In this document: in pieces, positions 56,547 to 64,000 of the stretch
How positions within the stretch are numbered: the stretch's first letter is position 1
How the letters are laid out: each line of letters begins with the position of its first letter
Notes under the pieces: generated by a model
Seen by the model: only the letters and a program-made list of their open reading frames with translations
The model's database searches: none
Told to the model about the DNA's origin: nothing
Translations under genes and position numbers: made by a program
Origin: Candidatus Parvarchaeota archaeon
Lineage (GTDB): Archaea; Nanobdellota; Nanobdellia; WJKC01
Direction: 5' to 3'
Assembly: GCA_017608505.1 (NCBI GenBank)
Contig: JAFCFT010000002.1
Span: 15,299-79,298, forward strand
Length of the DNA: 64,000 nt

Positions 56547-56957
56547 ATGCCTCATCAATGCGTTCGTTGCGGGAAACTAATACCTTCGGGCTCAAAAGAG
56601 TTGCTTGAAGGGTGCAACACTTGCGGAGGAAAATTCTTTTTCTTTATAAAAGAGGAAAAGCTACTAAAAGAGAGTGATTTTATAAGACGCAATTTAAGCA
56701 GAAATGAAATTAAAGATTTAGAATTTGAAGTTAGAAACATAATAGGGTCTGGCCATTCTGAAGAAGCAGTTATTCTTGACTTGGAGACTATTAAAGCATT
56801 GGGTCCTGGAAAATTTAGAATTGACGTTTCTGCCTTAATGAGGGGTGCGCCAATAGTTATTAACATAAGCCCTGGAAAATATTATATAGACCTGCCTTCT
56901 GCTTTTGGAGAAGCAAGCAAAGACAATCCAATTAAAAAAGCACTAAGAAAAAGGTAA
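56547..56957 (+). CDS. oapC: DUF2072 Zn-ribbon protein OapC/ArvC
   Basis: MPHQCVRCG...GC..CGG.FFF, PGKF.ID, GKYYIDL. Confidence 0.9.
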   Translation: MPHQCVRCGKLIPSGSKELLEGCNTCGGKFFFFIKEEKLLKESDFIRRNLSRNEIKDLEFEVRNIIGSGHSEEAVILDLETIKALGPGKFRIDVSALMRGAPIVINISPGKYYIDLPSAFGEASKDNPIKKALRKR

Positions 56958-57668
56958 TATCCAAGTTCCTTTAAGCCAATTGTCGAGTCCGCAGACGTGT
57001 GCCGGAATTTTATTTTCATAATGCACTTTTGCTGCACCTTTGCTTATAACTTTTTTAATTACGCCTTTAGTAACTTCATTGTACAAGTCCTTGCATGATA
57101 TGCATTCTAATAACCTGCCGTTCGCCTTGCCATTTATGCTCTTTGAGTAAATTCCGCCGCTATCTTTTAAATATATGTTTAGGGAATTGCAGATATTTTT
57201 TCCAAGAAGCGCTGCAACATCATCACTGCCATTTGAAACAAGACTTGGGTGCCCATTTTTTCCTAAAATGCCGTAACCTACAACTAAACAAGGGTTGTTG
57301 TTATTAAACATCCCATTTGGCGCAAATTCAACATTTTCATGGTTTTTAATGTCTCCTATGAGCGGATGCTCTTCATTTTCCATTAAATATGTGTTGCATT
57401 TTATTCCAATGTTTTTAAGTGCATGATCTAAATATCTTACAGCTATGCGTTCGCCTTCTATTAAGTCATATGGATCTTTTGAGAAAGTCTTTATCATTTG
57501 CGTTAAATTTTCCCATGCAGAGACTACTGCAATTACTTTTATTTTATTTTTGTATAAATTTTTAATTAATGCTGCATTTTTTGCGATATCTTTTTTTGTC
57601 TTTTGCTGACTGCCCCCTATTTTTAAAATATACACAGGTTTTGCAAAGGATTTTGGACTCATGCTCAA
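56943..57668 (-). CDS. Amino-acid-kinase (aspartokinase-like) fold protein without ACT domains
   Basis: LKIGGS, VVSA, GSDDVA, KDSGGIYS, GTWI. Confidence 0.7.
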   Translation of the reverse strand: MSMSPKSFAKPVYILKIGGSQQKTKKDIAKNAALIKNLYKNKIKVIAVVSAWENLTQMIKTFSKDPYDLIEGERIAVRYLDHALKNIGIKCNTYLMENEEHPLIGDIKNHENVEFAPNGMFNNNNPCLVVGYGILGKNGHPSLVSNGSDDVAALLGKNICNSLNIYLKDSGGIYSKSINGKANGRLLECISCKDLYNEVTKGVIKKVISKGAAKVHYENKIPAHVCGLDNWLKGTWILPFS

Positions 57669-57770
57669 ACACCAGAAGAATTATGAGCAAGGCTATTAAA
57701 ATTTATACATTGTGGTTGTGTAGCTGCCTTGCATTAATTTAAAAATAACTTCTTTTACTTAAAAAATTTT

Positions 57771-58325
57771 CTATATCCATCCAAAGTCTTCCAGCATTTC
57801 AATTACTTGGGTTTTTAAGTCTGATATCGAACCGTCATTATTTATCACTCTTGAAGCATAGCTCCAAACTTTATCCAAATTAAACTTTTCAATTTCTAAC
57901 TTCTCATGTTTTAAGAACTCTTCAAATGTTTTTGGGAAGCCTGGCCTGCCTCTTAATTTCATTCTTTCAAATCTTTTTTTAGGGTCTGTCTCTACTAACA
58001 CAAATATGATTTCTGGAAACGCTTTTTTAAGATGCTCCACATCAACTAAAAGTCTAATGCCGTCAATTACAACCTTGTCCCAACCTTTTTCTTTAATTCT
58101 TTCAATCACTTTTTTAATAAAATATGCAGGGTCTTTGCTGCGCAATTCTTCACTTATTTTAGTTGTGATTTCCCTTGTAGGCTTAAGCCCTCTTTTTGCA
58201 ACTTCTTCCCTTACCAAATCTCCTATTGTTATTGTATGAAATCCGTATTCTTTTTCAAGTATGTTTGCGACAGTTCCTTTGCCGCAGCCTATTGCTCCCA
58301 TTAATCCCAGCACTTTCAAAGCCAC
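57771..58325 (-). CDS. NMP/dephospho-CoA kinase-like P-loop protein
   Basis: GAIGCGKGT, GDLVRE, IDGIR, RFERM..RGR, I.NDG. Confidence 0.85.
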   Translation of the reverse strand: MALKVLGLMGAIGCGKGTVANILEKEYGFHTITIGDLVREEVAKRGLKPTREITTKISEELRSKDPAYFIKKVIERIKEKGWDKVVIDGIRLLVDVEHLKKAFPEIIFVLVETDPKKRFERMKLRGRPGFPKTFEEFLKHEKLEIEKFNLDKVWSYASRVINNDGSISDLKTQVIEMLEDFGWI

Positions 58326-58597
58326 GCACCTCTTAAACTTTTATGCATTAGTGAGTACCCGCTAATTAATATTTCTGTTGCTAAAAATCCTAACAAGAAA
58401 TTAATATGTTGGGGTTGCGTCATGTTATACACTACTCCCGCGAGTATTAATCCGCACGAAATTAAAAGCACGCCAACCACTAGAAAAACCCCTCCTGCTT
58501 TGTCTTCGCTTGTAAGCATCTCAATTTTCTTTTCAATACGCTTAACTTCTTTTTTTACAGAATTTATAGCATGTTCTTCTTGAACGCTCAAAGCCAA
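58316..58597 (-). CDS. Coiled-coil + two-TM small protein
   Basis: Heptad-like N-terminus and two hydrophobic helices. Confidence 0.65.
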   Translation of the reverse strand: MALSVQEEHAINSVKKEVKRIEKKIEMLTSEDKAGGVFLVVGVLLISCGLILAGVVYNMTQPQHINFLLGFLATEILISGYSLMHKSLRGAWL

Positions 58598-58908
58598 TCC
58601 CCTGTAAGCCCTTTATGCGAAAGCATGAATCCTGCAATCATTATTATTATGAGGAGCGAAGATGCAAAAAAAAGCGCAAGGTATGTCATAGGATCATTGC
58701 TGCCTTTATACGCAATTGCCATTGTAAGCATGCCTCCTCCTCCCATTCCCATTAATAACCATCCAAGTACTGCAAAAACCTTGCTTCCTTTGTCAAGCTC
58801 CCTTAGCTCTTCAAGTTTGTCATTAATATCATTTAAAGTCTCTTCAATGCTCGCAAGCGCTTTATTTAATTGCGGGTTTTTAGTCTTTCTTAGAACTATG
58901 CGTTTCAT
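58588..58908 (-). CDS. Coiled-coil + two-TM small protein
   Basis: Same architecture as the downstream gene. Confidence 0.65.
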   Translation of the reverse strand: MKRIVLRKTKNPQLNKALASIEETLNDINDKLEELRELDKGSKVFAVLGWLLMGMGGGGMLTMAIAYKGSNDPMTYLALFFASSLLIIIMIAGFMLSHKGLTGDWL

Positions 58909-58947
58909 AGAAAATAATTAAATGAGTCGCGCTTTAAAAATTTATCA

Positions 58948-59493
58948 ATGAGCCCTGTATTCAGAAACTGGCTAATTATAATGAACGTGATTGCCATATT
59001 CTACGGCTTTGCCATGTATGCGCCTCAATTAGCAAACACAAACCCTTTGTTTTGGATATTTGTCCCAGACTGTCCTCTTGCAACTGTCTTTTTTACAGCA
59101 TCACTCATGCTTTTAGCTCTTAACAAAAAAAGCAACATTCTTTTTTTGCTTTCAATGATTTCTGGCTTTAAATATGGCGTCTGGACTTGCTTTGCTATTG
59201 TTTCATACTGGAACTTTTATGTCGCTCCTAGCAATTTCATAGATTATGTAATTGACTTTTCTGCCCATGTCGGCTTATTCTTAGAACAATTTTTATTAAT
59301 AAAATACGCAACATTTAACGTTCGCAAATTAATAGCTCCTCTTGCTTTCCTCTTCTTTAATGATTTAAGCGACTATTTGCTTGCAACGCATCCGCTCCTC
59401 CCAGAATACTCTCTTTCTTTTATGTTCCCTTTTACAGTATCACTTACTGTCGCCTCAGCAGCGTTTACTTACGCAATCTTGACTCGAGCTTGA
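58948..59493 (+). CDS. DUF1405 membrane protein
   Basis: W.FVPDCP.A, KYG.WT, H, ND..DY...HP. Confidence 0.85.
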   Translation: MSPVFRNWLIIMNVIAIFYGFAMYAPQLANTNPLFWIFVPDCPLATVFFTASLMLLALNKKSNILFLLSMISGFKYGVWTCFAIVSYWNFYVAPSNFIDYVIDFSAHVGLFLEQFLLIKYATFNVRKLIAPLAFLFFNDLSDYLLATHPLLPEYSLSFMFPFTVSLTVASAAFTYAILTRA

Positions 59494-60217
59494 CAACTGA
59501 CGCGCCTCTTTTTTCAAGCAAATAATTTTTTCTAATTAATAATCCTAATATTGCTTCTGGCGCATATTGCCACTGCGTTTTTGAAAAATTAGTTAACTTA
59601 TTAATAGCAGACTTGCATGCGCTCTTAATAAATGACTTATTTTTTTCTTTTTTCTTTGGGATTAAAATCAAATAATCATCTTTAATTTTCAAACCATACA
59701 TTTTCTTTTTTACAGGCTCAACAATATTTGAATATTCGCATGCCAGCATATTAAAGAATTCGTTATTCATCTTTCTTTTGCAAATCTTGTAAATGCCTCC
59801 TATTTCTTCATTAAATTTCACTTTAAGATAATAATACACAAGCAAAGCCTTTAAGTCAAGCATCACTTTCTTAGGATAGTACGCATTGCAGATGCGTCTG
59901 CATGTTTCATTCACAATGTCTTTTTTTATGAGCATTTCAAGATTTCTTAAAAGCTTCTCATTTTTCAATGGAATTATTTTTTCGCCAAAAAGCTTTCTTA
60001 ATTGAAGCTTGTCTGCATATTTCCCAAACACATTCAAGTCTATGTGGCTGTTGCCCATTGGGATTTTGTATTTAATCTGCGAGATATTTTTAGGAAAATA
60101 CATTCCAACATCTAAATCTGACTTTTTATTTGCATTTCCATTTGCATGAGAACCATATATAAACGCTGCAAGGCAGCCCTTTTTCTTTGCTATCTTGCTA
60201 ATAATGTTTGCATACAT
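59465..60217 (-). CDS. Nucleotidyltransferase-domain protein
   Basis: YGSHA.G...SDLDV. Confidence 0.75.
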   Translation of the reverse strand: MYANIISKIAKKKGCLAAFIYGSHANGNANKKSDLDVGMYFPKNISQIKYKIPMGNSHIDLNVFGKYADKLQLRKLFGEKIIPLKNEKLLRNLEMLIKKDIVNETCRRICNAYYPKKVMLDLKALLVYYYLKVKFNEEIGGIYKICKRKMNNEFFNMLACEYSNIVEPVKKKMYGLKIKDDYLILIPKKKEKNKSFIKSACKSAINKLTNFSKTQWQYAPEAILGLLIRKNYLLEKRGASVVKLESRLRK

Positions 60218-60304
60218 GTTGCTTAAACTTATAAAATGTCTTTAAAAACTTTTTGAAAGTCAACTTAAAAACATTTATAAATACTTTTTGAATAATTATT
60301 CAAA

Positions 60305-60673
60305 ATGAAAGTTGCTGTAAGTTCTAGTGGCAAAGACTTAGAAAGCCATGTAGACTTTAGGTTTGGCAGGTGCCCATATTTTATTATTGCAGATATTGAA
60401 GACAACAAAATTATAAGTTTCAAAGCAATTGAAAATATTGGGATGTCTGGAGGAGGCGCAGGAATCACTGCAGCCCAGCTTGTTGGCAATGAAGGCGTTA
60501 AAGCAGTAATTACGTTTCATATGGGTCCAAGGGCTTTTGACGTATTAAGCAGATTAGGCATTGAAGTCTACATAGGCAACGGCCTTGTTAAAGATGCTTT
60601 AAGCAAATTCATTAACAAAGAACTTGAAAAAATGACTGCGCCAATGCCTGGAAGGAGGCACGGATGGCAGTAA
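60305..60673 (+). CDS. NifB/NifX-family protein
   Basis: RFGRCPYF, GAGI.AAQ, GPRAF. Confidence 0.92.
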   Translation: MKVAVSSSGKDLESHVDFRFGRCPYFIIADIEDNKIISFKAIENIGMSGGGAGITAAQLVGNEGVKAVITFHMGPRAFDVLSRLGIEVYIGNGLVKDALSKFINKELEKMTAPMPGRRHGWQ

Positions 60674-61905
60674 GCACTTTAAAAAAAGGCGAACTTGTAG
60701 TAAGGAATTCTGGAATTGTCTCTCTTTTTTTATTAGTTATCAAAATCGTTGCAGGTCTAATCACTGGAAGCATTGTGCTATTAAGCGACAGTTTGGATAG
60801 CGCTTCTGATCTTGTTGGCATGATTGCTGCATGGTTTGGCCTAAAAATTGCGCAGCGCAAGCCTACTAAGAAATTTCCATATGGTTATTATAAAGCAGAG
60901 TCCTTAGCTTCGCTTTTTGTGTCATTCTTAATATTGTACGCTTCAATCGAATTAATAATAAGCGGCGTTTCAAAAATATTTGTTAAGCCTGCGATTACTA
61001 TTCCTTTGTTTGCAATTCTTACTGCTTTTGCATCCTTAATTACTTCTTACGTCCTTTCAAGATATTTGAAGGCTAAGGGAACAGAAATTAATTCTTCGTT
61101 ATTAATCAACAGCTCAAAAGAGCGCTTAATTGATGCTGTTAAGTCAAGCATTGTGTTAGTTTCCATTATAGCAAGTTATTATGGAGTGTTTTATGTTGAA
61201 AGCATTGTCACCATCTTTATATCACTGCTAGTGCTTAGGGTTGGCCTCTTTTCAATTAAAGATTCTGTTGTCGCACTAATGGACGTAAGTCCAAGCAAAG
61301 AGGTTGAAAATAAAATCATCAATATAATTAAAGAAATAAAAGGCATTGAAGGGTACAGCGGCTTGAAATTAAGGACTTCTGGCCCATTTATTTTTGGACA
61401 TGTTAAAATCAAAGTTAAGAAGTACATCAATGTTAAAAAGGCACACGAAATTGCAGATGAACTTGAAGCCAAAGTTAAACATGCAGTCAAACAAATTGAC
61501 ACGTTTCTTGTGCATGTTGAGCCTTATAAAAGCACAAAGCAAAAAATTGTTATTCCAATAAAAGAGAACAAAGGCCTTGACTCAAAAGTAACAAGCCAAT
61601 TTGGAAGGGCTGACAACTTTATTTTCATTACATTAAAAAAAGGCAAAATAAAGTCCTTTTATGCAAAGAAAAATATCTTTAAAGGCAAAAAAATAAGGGC
61701 TGGCTTAAGCGCTGTCAAGTATGTTCTTAAAGAAAACATAGACGCTTTAGTGACTGCAAGCATTGGGGAGATTTCTTTTCATACATTAAGAGACAACTTA
61801 GTCGATGTTTACAAAACAAACGGCCTTTCTGTTAAAGACGTCGTTAGGAACTATCTAAACAACAAATTAACATTGCTAAAAAGTCCTACTAAGGGATTAA
61901 AATGA
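60664..61905 (+). CDS. Cation diffusion facilitator fused to a NifX domain
   Basis: GS..LLSD..DS.SD, FPYGYYKAE, AHEIAD, HVEP, FGRA. Confidence 0.92.
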   Translation: MAVSTLKKGELVVRNSGIVSLFLLVIKIVAGLITGSIVLLSDSLDSASDLVGMIAAWFGLKIAQRKPTKKFPYGYYKAESLASLFVSFLILYASIELIISGVSKIFVKPAITIPLFAILTAFASLITSYVLSRYLKAKGTEINSSLLINSSKERLIDAVKSSIVLVSIIASYYGVFYVESIVTIFISLLVLRVGLFSIKDSVVALMDVSPSKEVENKIINIIKEIKGIEGYSGLKLRTSGPFIFGHVKIKVKKYINVKKAHEIADELEAKVKHAVKQIDTFLVHVEPYKSTKQKIVIPIKENKGLDSKVTSQFGRADNFIFITLKKGKIKSFYAKKNIFKGKKIRAGLSAVKYVLKENIDALVTASIGEISFHTLRDNLVDVYKTNGLSVKDVVRNYLNNKLTLLKSPTKGLK

Positions 61906-62513
61906 AATTAGTAATCCTTTATGATAATGGAGGATTTTCATGCTTTGTTAAGACTGATGCAGAAACCTTGCTTTTTGACACAGGATGCGACGGCAAAAAA
62001 CTTCTAAGCAACATGGAGTTTTTGAATCTTATGCCAGAAGATGTGGATGCAATTTTTATTTCGCATGCTCACTTTGACCACACTGGTGGATTATTTGATT
62101 TCATAGAGCGCAATCCTAATGTGCGCGTTTATGTTCTAAAATCCTTTCCCAGCGCTTTTAAGACTAAAATCAAGGAATCTGGCGCCGACTTAATCGAAGT
62201 GGAAAAGCCCGTAAAATTAAATAAAAATCTTTATTCTACAGGCGAATTAGGCGCCCGCATTAAAGAGCAATCCTTAATAATAGACACGCCTAAAGGATTA
62301 GTCATCTTAACAGGATGCTCCCATCCAGGTGTTGTTACTATTGCAAAAAAAGCAATTGAACTGCACAACAAGCAAATTTATCTTCTAATTGGAGGCTTTC
62401 ATATATTTAATAATACTATCGCAAACGAACTTAAACTGCTTGGTGTCAAAAATATCATTCCATGCCATTGCTCTGGCATGGGCCACCATTTTGGAGAGAC
62501 TTTTGAAATATGA
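61902..62513 (+). CDS. MBL-fold metallo-hydrolase
   Basis: LFDTG, SHAHFDHTGG, TGCSHPG, GGFH, PCHCSG. Confidence 0.92.
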   Translation: MKLVILYDNGGFSCFVKTDAETLLFDTGCDGKKLLSNMEFLNLMPEDVDAIFISHAHFDHTGGLFDFIERNPNVRVYVLKSFPSAFKTKIKESGADLIEVEKPVKLNKNLYSTGELGARIKEQSLIIDTPKGLVILTGCSHPGVVTIAKKAIELHNKQIYLLIGGFHIFNNTIANELKLLGVKNIIPCHCSGMGHHFGETFEI

Positions 62514-63328
62514 TTGTTGGCATTACTGGCGGGAAGGGAGGAACTGGCAAGTCAGTTATTGCAACCTCTCTTGCTTACGAGCTTTCAAAAAAATACAAAG
62601 TCATGCTAATAGATGCTGACGTTGACTGTCCAAACGACCATCTTATTCTTTCAATTAAAAGAATTAAAGAAAAAACTGTATTTCAAACAATTCCTAAATG
62701 GAATTATAAAAAATGCATCAAATGCGGCGCTTGCTCTAAAGCGTGCAAAGAGCATGCAATAGTTTTTGTCAAAAATAAGTTTCCAATATTTATTCCTGAA
62801 CAGTGCATTGGGTGCAAGGCTTGCATTGTTTCTTGCCCTGTCAATGCCATTGGCGAGCACAGAAAAAAAATTGGCACAATATATTCTGGCGCAAGAGAAA
62901 AGCTCAAATTTTTTTCAGGCGAATCTGTTGTAGGCTATAAAGAATCATCGCGTGTTGTCAGTTCTCTTTTAAACTTTGTTAACCCCTTAATAAAGGACTA
63001 TGACTATGTAATCATTGACACTGCTGCTGGCACGCACTGCAATGTAATAACTGCACTAATGAAATGCGATTTTGCTCTTGCTGTTACTGAACCAACTCCT
63101 TTTGGAATCCACGACCTTAGGCTAATTATCAAGTTGCTAAAAATCCTTGGCTTGCCTTACAAGACAGTTCTTAACAAGTCAACTATCAACAAAAAATTAA
63201 AACTTAAAGGTCTGATTGCAAAAATTCCATATAAAGAGTCAATACTTAAAGCGTATTGCAAAGGGATTCCAATTGAAGATGAGTCAATAAAAAATCTTGC
63301 CAAAGCATTTGAGGAGGTGCTGATTTGA
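62510..63328 (+). CDS. MinD-like P-loop ATPase with 4Fe-4S ferredoxin insert
   Basis: GGKGGTGKS, DADVDCPN, two CxxCxxCxxxC motifs, VTEPTPFG.HDL. Confidence 0.92.
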   Translation: MIVGITGGKGGTGKSVIATSLAYELSKKYKVMLIDADVDCPNDHLILSIKRIKEKTVFQTIPKWNYKKCIKCGACSKACKEHAIVFVKNKFPIFIPEQCIGCKACIVSCPVNAIGEHRKKIGTIYSGAREKLKFFSGESVVGYKESSRVVSSLLNFVNPLIKDYDYVIIDTAAGTHCNVITALMKCDFALAVTEPTPFGIHDLRLIIKLLKILGLPYKTVLNKSTINKKLKLKGLIAKIPYKESILKAYCKGIPIEDESIKNLAKAFEEVLI

Positions 63329-63714
63329 AAGGCTCTTATTGTCTTATTCTTAATATTAAAAAAGATTTTGTTGCTAAGATAGGCGCCTTAGGCAACATGT
63401 CATTTAAAAAAGGCAAGTATATCTATGTTGGTTCGGCATTAAACAATATTGACGCCCGCGTTAAGAGGCACTTAAGACGCGATAAAAAGCTCCACTGGCA
63501 CATTGACTATTTGACAATTAACCCTTTTGTTAGCATTGAAAAAGTCTTTTACAAACCTTCAGATAAAAAAGAGGAGTGCGAGATTGCACGCATTGTCAGC
63601 GCTTACGGCGCGCCAATTAAGAACTTTGGCTCAACTGACTGTTCTTGCAAAAGCCACTTATTTAAAATCAATGATTACTCGTTTCTCAACAATTTTATGA
63701 AGGTGTTAATTTGA
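63325..63714 (+). CDS. GIY-YIG (DUF123/Uri-like) nuclease
   Basis: GSY, YIYVGSA, RH, HWHIDYL, FGSTDC.C.SHL. Confidence 0.9.
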   Translation: MKGSYCLILNIKKDFVAKIGALGNMSFKKGKYIYVGSALNNIDARVKRHLRRDKKLHWHIDYLTINPFVSIEKVFYKPSDKKEECEIARIVSAYGAPIKNFGSTDCSCKSHLFKINDYSFLNNFMKVLI

Positions 63715-64000
63715 AAATCTTAACTATTGTGTCTGGCAAAGGAGGGACTGGCAAGACAAGCATAGCATCATCTCTTGCAATCCTCTTATCAAAGAAACAC
63801 AAAATAATGTGCGCTGACTGCGATGTTGACACGCCAAATCTGGGCTTGCTTTTAGGACTTAATGAAAAAAATTATTCTTGGAAGCGCCTTTACACTTCTG
63901 AAAAGCCTGCACTAATCAGCAACAAGTGCATTGGCTGCCGCGCGTGCCTTAACACTTGCGTCTTTAATGCAATTTCATGGAAAAATGAAAAGCCTGTCTT
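63711..64000 (+). CDS. Second MinD-like 4Fe-4S ATPase, truncated by window end
   Basis: SGKGGTGKT, DCDVDTPN, CIGCRAC..C. Confidence 0.88.
   Translation, partial: MKILTIVSGKGGTGKTSIASSLAILLSKKHKIMCADCDVDTPNLGLLLGLNEKNYSWKRLYTSEKPALISNKCIGCRACLNTCVFNAISWKNEKPV

Noticed and set aside
59465-60217. MNT-HEPN toxin-antitoxin pair or CBASS cyclase
   Set aside because: No adjacent HEPN or effector gene; only the minimal NTase motif is visible.

Overview
AT-rich archaeal chromosome segment. Gene content suggests a reduced DPANN-type archaeon: split rpoA/rpoB, archaeal ribosomal proteins, kae1/bud32, carS, and no DUF359 between spt4 and rps24e. The exact lineage cannot be fixed from this window. 1-26.3 kb is core: rpoE1-spt4-rps24e-rps27ae, KEOPS genes, the rpoH-B''-B'-A'-A''-L30e-nusA-S12-S7-EF2-EF1a-S10 superoperon (two inserted genes), lipid/isoprenoid genes and a tRNA-Lys(UUU) with three BHB introns. 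About 26386-51878 is a ~25.5 kb element integrated at the 3' end of tRNA-Asp, bounded by a 12-bp direct repeat and carrying a tyrosine integrase. Its cargo includes a type I RM system with an embedded HEPN gene, a CARF-wHTH regulator, a fused REase-MTase-TRD protein and two PD-(D/E)XK nucleases. It also encodes two TFB cyclin-core-only paralogs plus two separate TFB-like Zn-ribbon microproteins, a shared promoter motif, and a TATA box inside a long hairpin (candidate ssDNA promoter). 52-64 kb is host again: three-intron tRNA-Tyr, oapABC/arvABC and a NifX/CDF/MBL/MinD-4Fe4S cluster. A GC-rich miniature hairpin element occurs both in the tRNA-Tyr T-loop intron and between 26-bp duplications at the rpoH/rpoB'' junction. 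All family calls come from motif recognition by eye; no searches were run.
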